Translations under genes and position numbers: made by a program
Source: Blasia pusilla
Lineage: Eukaryota
Length of the DNA stretch: 64,000 bases
Assembly (NCBI GenBank): GCA_050084515.1
Contig: CM114271.1
Location: 46,376,001-46,440,000, forward strand
Direction of reading: 5' to 3'
In this document: piece after piece, positions 52,950 to 64,000 of the stretch
How positions within the stretch are numbered: position 1 is the stretch's first letter
How the letters are laid out: each line of letters begins with the position of its first letter
Notes under the pieces: model-generated
Seen by the model: the letters and a program-made list of their open reading frames with translations, nothing else
Told to the model about the DNA's origin: nothing
Database searches by the model: none

Positions 52950-54780
52950 TTTTTTTTTTCATCTCTATGATGGCGTTATCTCAACAACTTCAAAAGTGGA
53001 ATTGTCTCTCTGAAATAAGCGTGGACATATATTACAACATATTTTCTATCATACTCTTTGTCTAGGATCTTGGGGCTTGGCTATGGATAAGCCTCTTTCC
53101 AGTGTTTACCCTTGGGCTATTTGTAAGTTATTATACCCTTGGATAAGTCAAACCATTTGCTTGCATACAATTTTTTTCTCACTTCAAGACCACTTGTTTC
53201 CTCATCAATTTTGAGTGGTCATCCCTAGTGGTTGTATGGTAGTAAATCATCCCACCTTGTCATAATTCTATAATCTATATCGAAGGGATTTGAGTTATTG
53301 GTGTCCCAATCACCTTCATAGACTAGGTATCCAAGTTCTTGCAGGAGGCCCTTTTGAAATATATTGAATTGGTATGTCTTTCACTTGATCGCGGAGGTCC
53401 TTAAGTTGCTTATGAGATTCTCTATCAATTCTTTCTTGGATCTCCTTCCTATCTTCTTTGCACTTGTCTTCTCACCTCACATGAGCGTCACATTGGTTGG
53501 CCTCTTTTGGCTCTTCTCGTTATTATAAAAATAATTCTAAATGGTTGGTCTTAATTATTTTTGTGGGGTTTTTCACAATAAGCTATATTCTCTATTTATT
53601 TTGGAGGTGTGAAACTTTCCTCCACAAGTGTATGATATTGTCAATTGAAAGCCTTTTGGAGGAGTTGTGTTCTGATCATCCAAATTATGACTTCAAGGTT
53701 TCTCCTTGGAGATACACCTATCTTGATGGATCATATGGCCCATATCCAAGAGAAAAATTTATTATTCCAACAACAACTGAGATTTTTCTGGATTTTTCTC
53801 CCACTTCCTACAAACAAATTCTATATTGTTTCAATTAATAGATTACATAGAAGGGCTTGATCAACTTCAAAATCTTATCTGTGAGAATTTGTACCAAACC
53901 AACCTTTCATGCATTCTTTCTAAGGAAATCTATTACACTCATCAATCTTATTTGCATTCATATACGAGCACATGAAGGGGGGTTGGCTCACTACAAATCC
54001 CCGTATTCTTTCATTTATCTTATGTGGAATATATTCTTGATAGGTATACTACTCTACTATTATGCCTTGGATTGTCATATTCTTTCCTTCTAGGTGTACC
54101 TTATTATAAATGGAGGGCAGCCATTGAAACAAAGGATATCCATATTCTCCAATATGCACACCGTGGAGAACAAACGACAACCCCTAATGGGATTAGAGGG
54201 GAAATAGGAGATGGGGTTTATATTGAATGATACATCGTTGGGTAAGAGCAATAACATGGCTTACTTCATACTACACAAGCAACCCCTTGTCGACCAATTG
54301 ACCTTATTATATCTCGAGGAGGATTTTGTCTATTAGTTGATGTAGTGGTTTTTAATCCAACGCTAACTTGGTGTGTCGAGCTACATATACAAAAGGTTCC
54401 AAAAATGCAACAAGTTTAAAGGAGTCATGCGATAAGACGTACAATTGATATATTTATTCATTTTGTAGCGGGAGTTTTTGGGCACTTACACATGATTTTT
54501 ACTAGTTAAAAAAAAAGATGTGTGCACTATTCTCAACGTTGAGAATCATCACTTGCCCCTTTTTGTAGTCCTTCTTTATCTCCCTTGTCACATCATCTCT
54601 TTGACAATGCATCTTGGTGGAATTACAACATACACAAGCATTAGCATTCATACATTGAACGAAAATGGCTCACGGTCGTTAATATCATCGCCCATTTACA
54701 TACGACAAACCACTACTGTTCATTTCGGCTTTGCTCTAAGTCATGATCGATTAGTTCGTAATATGTTTCTTCGAGGATTT
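52950..54780 (+). mobile_element. CRE-like non-LTR retrotransposon relic, copy 2 (heavily decayed)
   Basis: RT-like HFKTTCFL/HLFPHQF*VVIPSGC ~53180-53240; FGGV motif ~53600; LCLGLSYSFLLGVP..IHILQYAHRGEQTTTPNGIR (knuckle region); RPIDLIISRGGFCLLVDVVVFNPT (RLE). Colinear with copy 3. Confidence 0.65.
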
Positions 54781-55644
54781 CTTATCATTTTCTTTTTGCA
54801 TTTCTTACCTTTCGAGGACTATATCACCATTCCAAGCAAAATGAACACTATCAACTAGTGGCTACTGCACATTCCGTCCTATACAATACTTACAAGTTTT
54901 GAGTTTGAATCCCACCGCCTTCCTTTTTCCCGGATCTAGAATATTCTCGTTCTTTTTCCGAGGTCCCCAGCAGGTGTGACCTAGATACTTCCCATTCTTT
55001 TCTTTTCTTTTATTAATGCAATATATTTCTTTCTTCTATTCTTTTCTGCGCCACGTTCTTCCCACGCCCTTAGGCCCTCCCCGTGCCAAAAGTTAAGTAA
55101 AACAGCTGAACGGATAACGTCGTCTGGAGCATTTGGAAGAGCGGTTGAAAAAGGCGGAGCAGGACTTGAATGAAAGGCGAGGGTTTAGGGTTGGGATGAA
55201 GTCCCGAAACCGTGCATACACACAGGCACTCCGTTTTGCGAGCCGACTAAACCTGATTTGTTTGATAGCGCGCTTAACGATTGTGGATAAGTCAATCTGA
55301 GCGAATGAATGACCTGCAACAGGAGGTCATTCATCCCGGGTCCGAGTCGTCCGACCCGCGATACCGAGTCACCGTACTCCGTCCGCCTATGAGGCTCCAG
55401 CACGTGTCCCATCTGCGCACGGCTTGCATGTCAGGGACCCTGATTACGAGGCTCGCGCATGCTCTAAATCAGATTACGAAGGAATTTGCGGCGTTCCGTA
55501 GTGCCATTCGCGTTCTCGTTTGAGCACCTGCTACCACTTTCGGCACTCGGACAAACGCCCGCACTCTGGCAACGTCCGTGTGAATGCGCATCGCTCGATC
55601 CGGCCTCACCTCGGAGCTCGCAATTTCCACTTCGCAATGATTTC

Positions 55645-56191
55645 CGTTTCGCTTCGGGGGATGTGTGAACTTTCAAGACGGGAAGGGCAACAGCGAGTTC
55701 GAACGGAGCGAAGGGTTGAGGCTGTGGAGCACTTTTCTCTTGTGGCCCTGATTACTATCGCGCGGATGCGCTCCTATTTTCGTTTCGCTTCGGGGGATGC
55801 GTGAACTTTCAAGACGGGAAGCCAACAGCGAATTCGAACGGAGCAAAGGGTCGAGGCTTTGGAGCACTTTTTCGCTTGTGACCCTAACTAATTATTATCG
55901 CGCGGATGCGCTATTATTTTCGTTTCGCTTCGGTGGATGTGTGGCCTTTCAAGACTGGAACGCAACAGCGAATTTGAACGGAGCAAAGGGTTGAGGCTGG
56001 GGAGCACTTTTCTCTTGAGGCCCTAATTAATTACTATCGCGCGGATGCGCTCTTATTTTCGGTTCGCTTCGGGGGATGTGTGAACTTTCAAGACGGGAAC
56101 GCAACAGCGAATTTGAACGGAGCAAAGGGTTGAGGGTGGCGAGCACTTTTTTCTTGTGGCCCTTATTACCATCGCGCGGATGCGCTCTTAT
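55645..56191. repeat. Tandem repeat, 4 copies of a 136-140-bp unit
   Basis: Units start at 55645, 55781, 55921 and 56060: CGTTTCGCTTCGGGGGATGTGTGAACTTTCAAGACGGGAA...CTATCGCGCGGATGCGCTC. Confidence 0.97.
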
Positions 56192-59100
56192 CCGTTTGGT
56201 ATTTCGATGTCCACGATCGATTCGCATGAAGGAAGGAAGTCGCATCGCTTGCAACTTCTTGAGCTTTGTGAACTTTACTTCATTCAAGACGCGTAAGGCT
56301 TTGTTTCGTTGTCGGTCCATTTTGGTTTTGTTCTTTTTCATGCTAAATGTCTTCTATGACAATACTACGCTGATGGATCACCACCGTTCGTTCACTTGTG
56401 CATTTATGGGCAGGATTTTTTATCAAAAATGCTCGCGTTTGCCATGCCCAAGAAAAGTTGAACAAAGATTGCAGTTTTTTAATGGAATTTAGTGGTTTTC
56501 AGGACTTGGTGAATTGAACTACTCACTTTTTAACCTAATACTCATTCAAAGGGTTCTATTTCCAGTATTTTTTAATATGTTCATTCTAATAATTTATAAT
56601 TTAGAGTATTTTTGAATATTTTTAGAAATATAGAACACCTGCCACTCTACTTTGCCAAGGTTTAGGAGTGGGATTCCCACCCCATGAGTTGGATAAACAC
56701 TAGTTTTCTATCCAAATTCATCGTCGGGATGTCGCTTGTGTTGTAGTAGGGCTTTCCTCCTTTGCAGCTCTTTCCATCTTAAGTTTGAGTGCCTTGTCCG
56801 TTTTCGTCGTAGACTACGAAGGAAGAAATTGAAAACCCAAAGATGAAAGGTGAAGGAAAATCCATTAAATGAAAGAAAAAAAATGCTACACATAGGGTCG
56901 AGAGGAAACAATCATCCATTAACAAACTAGCTTTGCCAATCAAATGAAACCCCGACAAGTACCATGACAAAATGGAGACTTTATGTTAATATATATTTTA
57001 TTGTATATATATATAACTCATTTTTTCAAATGGAAAAATTTTAAATATTACAAACCACATAAATTTTCTTACCCACACTCACGTGCATTTTTCTTTTATC
57101 CAAACCAATGTACGAAAACCAACACACTCACACATCCCTATTACATAACTTTCAGTTTACTAAATAAATCAATCAATCTCAGAAAAGAAGAAATATGATT
57201 TAACAATAATAAAAGGTCATAAGAGGAAAAATTAGTAAACAATAACTTTGGAAGAATTAGTCCCTCAAACGATATGTTCTTAACTTAAACATTTTTCTTA
57301 AAACCACATCCCCTTCTTTTCAAGGAGGGACCGCACCACTTGGTAAGAGGATTGGTATAAGGTAGGTTCTAGGGTTGTCCGATTGGCATCCGAAAATGCC
57401 TCCTAGGGACCAACAAGCAAGTCTGTAGGAGCACCAAATATGGTGCCCGCACCATATGTGCAGCCTTTTAAGACATGTCCCATATCATATCCTCAACATC
57501 TAAAAGTCTTGCAGACGAATATTGTGGTATTAGAGCATCTCATAAATGTATCGTAGGGTCAGATATATGGATGTGTAGTTTAATATGGACAAATGCCGTT
57601 CGCAAGTGCGGGGTGCCGTTGGAGGTGGACACTCACCTCTTACAGCCGGACGTCCAACATCACTTTGCGTGTATTTGACTTACATGCCTGGAAATCACGA
57701 AATCTTTGAAAACATAACTTAGTCAGACACAAATGAAAGTCGTCCCTGATTTATGGTCAGACGTTTGAAGGACGTAAAAAAATTTACGTCCTCTAAGTGA
57801 GACGCCCTATTCAGATATTCTTGCAAACCTTTGAACCCCAAACCTATTTTGTTGGTTCTTCCAATGTCGGCTTCAGATATTCTGTTTGCAAACACGTAAG
57901 TTTGAAACAACCTAATGTATCTAACACATTTCTTTCTTTCTTATGGGTGAGTACATCATCACCATGATTAGGAAAATTCTTTCCACTATGTATAATTATA
58001 CTCTAGATTATCATCCATCGTTACACACTTACACATGTGCATGTGTTTTTTCATGACCATGAAGATATCCACTTGAAATTCAAAATCTGAAGATTTTCGT
58101 ATCATTTCACAACCTAAAATTAATATGAAAATATACAATATTAGTGTAATGAGAAAATACATTTTTATCTGAAGAATTGGAAACCAGGGGAAGGGGGCTG
58201 GTTTAATTCTTGCCCCAAAGAAGTTAATCCCTTCTTGACCAGAGTAGCTCTTTTTATGGTGAACACTTGTTGGACATTACATTGGAAGAAATATGTGTAT
58301 AGGTGCTTGTTAGTGTAAGATTGGACCTCCTTTACCATCCACACACATTTCTACCAACATTGGAGTTTTCCAATCGAAACAATGTTGGCCGCTCCATCAT
58401 AAAATTAAAGAGTAGGGTAAGATAAGACATAGTTGAGAGATGTTAGACCTTCTAGGAGATGTGGCAAAGTTGCTATCAAAAAATTAGTGGGTTAAGTGAT
58501 GGATCTTTAGCCAACATTTGAGGAATAGTCAAGGTGAGTCACTAGTATCTTTTGATTTTCCGTAAGAGCCTTGGTTTGCGTAAGTTGATTGCACCTTCAT
58601 GCAATTTAGGTTCATATGGATTTGTAGCCTTGTAGAGAGGGAATAAGTGAATGAACATTTCATTTCCATCAATAGGACCTAATGCATTGCATAGGAAACA
58701 AATTACTAGTGGATGTTTCTAATATAGGTCCTATACTCCACAACTATGGAACTTATAATCATGCTTAAATATTTTCCTATACTCATACGAAAATATTTTC
58801 TTCTTATCCTACCATCTTGCACAAAAGTAAAGGCATTCTTGATTTCTTAGACTTTGATGTTTGAAAAATAAATACATGAAGAGGAGAAGAGATTATGGAC
58901 GCGCGATCGTTAAGTGGTAGGATCTACTCTAATCTTTTCAATCTTAGACTCAATTTGTTCATCTTCTCAAGCTTGAACTTGGGTCTTTATTTTTTCCACT
59001 TATGTTGGGATTTGGCAAAGTTCTTGGGATCTTTGGACCCCCTCATGCTCATAGATGCTAAATGCAATAGGAATATGCTCATAGATCTCTAAATACAATT

Positions 59101-60060
59101 TTGCACATAACTACTAGTAGTTATAGTATAACTACTAGTAGCAATTGGATTAAAGAGTTTCCTTTGCATTTCGTAATCTTTTGCTACACGTTGGGCCTAA
59201 CATTACAACATTATTCTTTCATTTCAATTATTGGTGGTTGGCTTTTCCTCACATCCTCTTTTTCACTATTTCCAATTTTCTTTCTTCGTCTTTGAGTATC
59301 AATTATGAGTTGGTCTGATTAGTATTGTCTTGGTGAGCTCACTCTTTTCATACCAAATGGGTTTTCTAGTTCTCCATTTTAATGTACAAGTTTATTTTAG
59401 AGGAATTCTCTCACATCTTTCTCACTCTCTGAACAATTTTATCTCACAAATTCAACCTTTCGAGATATATAGAATATCTTCATTGGTTATCTCATCAAGG
59501 GGATTCCCGATGGCTTATGGGAATATCTCCAATATTTTCTATGGCGTCCATCCTTTGATATTTCGTCGTCGTGCTCCCACCTCAAAGTTCTTACATTATT
59601 TGGCCTCTTTTAACACCTACTTGTAAAGATGCCCGTACGATGCATCGGGTCAAAACTTATCCAAGACCCCACTTCCAAGATTGGGACAGGAAGAATATCA
59701 CTATTAATCACTCATTGATAATTCCTAGTGGCCGACTCTACCCTAGGCTCGAACCCGCGACCCCTTGGATGTGACCTCACTCATCTCAATACAATAGTGG
59801 GAAAGGAGAATTGTAAATATCTTTGGTCCAAATTCTGCGCATCACTTGCCATTCACGGAAATTTGTCTCCTTGCCTATCTTCTGTCATAGGCGAGTAAGG
59901 CATCAAAGATTTTCTCTTATGACACAGGGTCTGATCCCGATGTGCGATCAAGACTTCCGAAGGGCGGGAGTCTCATAGGAAAATCTATGTTTCGCTATGT
60001 CATCTTGCACATCCTCACGCGATGGCTAACTTGGTCTTCATGTCTCGAGTTTTTGTTCCC

Positions 60061-60495
60061 CATGCATTCGACATATTCTTTAGTGAGATCCAAGCGGGAA
60101 AGCATGTTCCTCGTGTTGTTTTGTCGATCTAGATTCTTCTATCATTGATGAGGTGGGAATTGGGGCCTACCACCACCTGTTCCACCCAGAGCAGCTCAAC
60201 AGTGGCAAGGAGGACGCTGCCCACAACTTCGCTCGTGGTTACTATACGAGTTAGGGTTTTGATGTCCATTTTCAGATCTGTGATATCCTCACATTTTCCT
60301 GCAATGTCTTCTGATCAATTTCCATCCTTATGTCAAAGAGTCTAATGTGTCAAACATTCGTGTTGGGAAGGAAATCTTCGATTTGTGCCTCGACAGAATC
60401 ATGAAACTAGCAGATAATTGCAAAGGATTCCTTGTCTTCATTGCCGTCGAAGGTGAAATGGGTCGGGATTAGGCTCTCCCCTTCTTGAGAGGTTG
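60061..60495 (+). pseudogene. TUA: Alpha-tubulin gene fragment (intron-containing pseudogene)
   Basis: [59 protein letters not shown], an intervening intron from 60250 (GTTAGG, acceptor lost), then [35 protein letters not shown]. Frameshifts present; both ends missing. Confidence 0.92.
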
Positions 60496-60877
60496 GGCAC
60501 AATTATAGCCTACCTAACTACATGAACGGGAAATGTGCGTAGAGTTTTTTCGCTCTGCTAGTCCAGGCTTTTGGGGGAGGTGGCAACCTAGCTCTATGTA
60601 GAGCGAAACTCTCGGCACCTAATTTTTTTGCAGAGAGGGAAAGTTGTTGGTCATTCGGTTGACGAAGGGAAAAGAGAAGCTTGCGCTACGCAAATATGTC
60701 CAAATCTCTTATATCAATTAGCAATGTGGCTGGAGAATCGCCCATGCCAATGCTTTGTAAATGCCTGTGAGATTTGAATCGTCTGAGGTTTTTCTTCCAG
60801 CACCTGAAGCAAACATTCTTAACTTTTTGGATTCACAGAATTGTTGGCCATGAGTGGGGTGGGTCAGTGCAAGGTGA

Positions 60878-61099
60878 GTGGGCCTGATCGGGTCGTTGTG
60901 CTTGGAATCCGAGCACGTGGCAGGACTTGACCCGTTATACTGGAGCAGAGCAGTGGAGGTGATGTGTGCCGCCACTCATGCAATTGAGAGGGAGATCATC
61001 TGTGTCAACAACAACCCTCTGATCGATGTCTCCAGAAATTTTCCTTCTAATCTGAATGGAGTATCCTACCCGAGTCTACACTCCGGATTTGGGCCATAG
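60878..61099 (+). pseudogene. PAL: Phenylalanine ammonia-lyase fragment with internal deletions
   Basis: VEVMCAATHAIEREIICVNNNPLIDVSRN matches PAL IEVIRAAT..IEREINSVNDNPLIDVSRN. FPSNLNGVSYPSLHSGF matches LPSNLSGG.NPSLDYGF. DPLYWSRA resembles the N-terminal DPLNW..A. Confidence 0.85.
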
Positions 61100-61699
61100 C
61101 CATTGCTGATGAGATCAGAAGGCTTTGTATGACAAAAAACCATGAATTTGTTCACTGATATGAACCGAAAGACAATGAAAGGAAGATAAACTAAGCTAGG
61201 ATGATATGCAAGAGCGGAGGAAAAAAAATACCTATGAAGATTCTTGCCACACATGCCTGAGCTAGTAGTTGTTACGCTTTTTCCAAGGCTTCCACTCGCT
61301 CCACTAATAGATAGCTAACTCATGCCTCCACACTTTCTCCAAAGTAAGGCACTATATTTATTGACGCTGAAGAATGTTCAACACTACCAGGTGTCTGCTA
61401 CCAACACGGCATGATTAATTAAGACACATGTCCATGCACAAAATCAAATAACCCAGACACCCAATCAAATCACGGCCGAGAAAGAGTCAAAAAAATGTCT
61501 CATAATAAACCGTAAATAGGGTCGCTCACGCGATAGTAAAATAGAAGGAATTTCCCTAGGCACAAAAGACACCCAATGAAAACACGGCAGGGCAAAAGTC
61601 TCATTATGAACTGCAAACATGAGGCTTAAGCAATAGTAATTTTTAATAGAGGCTTCACTTCTTATAGATAAGAAGCAAATTTTTTTAAATTTTTTTCCA

Positions 61700-62830
61700 T
61701 AAATAGTAACCCCCTCATGTTTCAATAAGAGTATAGATGTCATGGCAACTTTTGGTCAACTTCTTGGTCCGAATACATTTGAGGGAGATAATGGTGTATT
61801 GGTTGCAAAACAAGCTATCTTGAATATTTCTTTTGGAGGTGTGGGAATTTCCTCCGTAGACGTATCTATACAAAATCCTTTTTGGGGGAATTGGGCTTTG
61901 GTTGCCCTTATTATGACTTAAGAGTTCTCCAAGAATATACAACTATCTTGATGGATCATTTGGCCCATGAAGAGAAGGGGGATGTAATATTCCAAAGTCA
62001 CTTAAGATAAGCTCGAACTCTTCTTCCTCTTGCTACACAAGCCATTCTACTCTCTTTCAATCAATTCATTATAGAAGGGCTTCATCGACTTGAAGAGTTG
62101 AGCTCCAAAAATTTATACCAAATCAATTTTTGAGCATTTAATCTAAGCCATCCTTTCCGAGATCCTCTACGTTCATGTACAAGTAGAGGAGTAGGGATAT
62201 GCCTACTACAAATTCTTTTATCCTTCCATTTTTTTCCATGGAGTATATTCTTGGTAGCTCTGTGGTACCGCCTTGGACTCGCTTTGGACCTTCTCTTCTA
62301 GGTATACCTAATTGTATATGCGGGGATCCCATTTATGCAAAGCATATCCAAATTTTTCAAATTGTATATAGTGGACCACGAATTATGTCACATAATGTGA
62401 TGAAATAGTCAATAGCATGAGTGGCTCGTATTGCATGGTCTACCGTTGGACAAAAGCCTGTGCATGTCTTATCTTCTACTACACAAGAAACTTCTCGTTG
62501 AAGGGTTGATTTAGTTATGTCTCAAATTGGCTTTCATATATTGGATGATGTGGTGGTTTTTGAACCAACACATTTTGACATTGACCACCATATTTTGAAA
62601 CACTCCAAGTCAAAATGTGTTGGATCAAAAACACTATGTAGTGATCCATTCATCTCCGCGAAATCTTTAGTATCTCGTGGTGTCAAAATGTGTAGTGGTG
62701 GTCAATGTATCTCGTTTGCATTAGAAGATACACAAGCATTAGCTTTGATACATCGAACCAAAATGATTGGTGATCACTCATTTCATCTCTCATTCGCATG
62801 TGACCAATGACTAATATTCGTGTCAAATTA
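61700..62830 (+). mobile_element. CRE-like non-LTR retrotransposon relic, copy 3
   Basis: GVLVAKQAILNISFGGVGI..NWALVA; PSLLGIPNCICGDPIYAKHIQIFQIVYSGPRIMSHNV (knuckle); RVDLVMSQIGFHILDDVVVFEPT (RLE). Shares TATCTTGATGGATCA and TAGAAGGGCTT.ATC.ACTT blocks with copy 2. Confidence 0.7.
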
Positions 62831-64000
62831 GTTTCAAATTATTAATCTCATACTTTGATGAATTGGTTTTTGTGTTTACTTGCAAATTTTTTGTCTTCTT
62901 AAAATATTATACCTTTCTTGGTCCTCTTTTGAAGTTTGTTTACGGGCCCTAAAGGTGGTCAAAGCTGAAGTGTGGTTATTCTTTTCCCTCTCATGGATGT
63001 CGGGCAATGTGTACGCTGGTCATGGTTAGCGAGCATGCCCCCTTTTTTTTCCCCTTTCATCAAAGTCCCTCACCATGCATGATAGTCATGGACATTGTTT
63101 GTGTTCAAAACAATTCTTCCTAATTTTTGTATTAAAGATGTTTTTTTGAGTGAGTCCCATCATATCTAGTGCACCCTCAAGATTTACTCTAATTTCTATT
63201 TATTGCCTATTTTCTCTGGGCGACGAATGTTTTCGAGCTTACCTTTCTCATCATAGTGTTCACGTCTCATTGTTTCTTTTCCTGATTTTCTTAAATTTAA
63301 AACATTACTAGAGAATGCCCCTTCGTTTCCCAAACTGCTATTAACATTTAACATCATCAAGACCATTTAGAAGTGATTTAAAATAATAATTTTAAAAATG
63401 TATTCATCATTTTGGGAGATAACTGAAATCCCTGCATTTCAAGGTACACTAGTTTTGGGTAATGATTTTTAACTTCATCGACATTCTTTTTATTTTAAAA
63501 CAAAAAGAATTGTTGCTGAACAGAGGAATTCTTGATACACGTGAGGAAACCGTATACGGGACCTAGAACTCCACGCTGGAGGCTATGAGCCCCATACAGT
63601 CAACTCGTAAGACGACAAAAGAGGAGTGGGCCCGCCGCCCACAAGCGAAGGCGCGGTTACCGGCACTGGCGTGAAGGGAGGCAGAAGAGAGCGCTGATCT
63701 GAAGTCATGAGCGCCCAGTGGGCGCGATTTGAATCCCGACACTGTGGGTTCCCGCAGGAATGGAGCGTGAACTCCGTCCATTGCATTTGGCGCAAGCACT
63801 ACAGTGCGAGGGTCGTATTGTGGACACCGGACGCACTAGCAAGCGGGCGATTCGGCGCAGATGATCGATCGCGCCTCGTTCCGCGGCGCCTGTGGAGTGA
63901 GTGCTGTGTCCGATGTTACAGTGTGCGGAGACGGTGTCTTCCGAGAGATGCGATTGATCAGGAACTGAAATTACGTAGGAGCGTTCCCGATCACTATTCC

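Noticed and set aside
55645-56191. CRISPR-like array
   Set aside because: Whole units are repeated with no unique spacers, there are no cas genes, and the context is eukaryotic.
58000-59630. Another LTR-element gag relic on the minus strand
   Set aside because: Composition is TE-like, but I could not recover a convincing domain, PBS or LTR pair.
60535-60620. Imperfect hairpin as a pre-miRNA
   Set aside because: Arms are short and bulged, with no match to conserved miRNAs I can recall.

Overview
Eukaryotic land-plant nuclear DNA with spliceosomal GT-AG introns and a PAL fragment. The transposon families look bryophyte-like, but that is inference. Two intact multi-exon housekeeping genes lie on the + strand: Mediator subunit MED8 (18336-25222, 12 coding exons, ~588 aa, Q-rich C-terminus) and eukaryote-type threonyl-tRNA synthetase (37950-45700, 21 coding exons, ~729 aa). 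Most of the rest is decayed transposon DNA. At 1-15 kb is a three-level LTR-retrotransposon nest: a Ty3/gypsy relic, an older Ty1/copia inside it, and a younger full-length same-family copia with TA...CA termini and an ATCTT TSD inserted in the older copy's LTR. Further along are Helitron 3' ends, two different Helitron Rep/helicase relics, a solo LTR, three CRE-like (RLE-type) non-LTR retrotransposon relics, a Tourist-like MITE, a 4-copy ~138-bp tandem repeat, and adjacent alpha-tubulin and PAL gene fragments. The most interesting leads are a possible spliced, GUG-initiated mitochondrial-targeting extension of ThrRS just downstream of a ~600-bp nested foldback, a strand-biased GTAAT(G/T) motif cluster in a CpG-rich island, and a twice-deleted in-frame 'mini-PAL'. 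All alignments were done by eye; no database searches were run.
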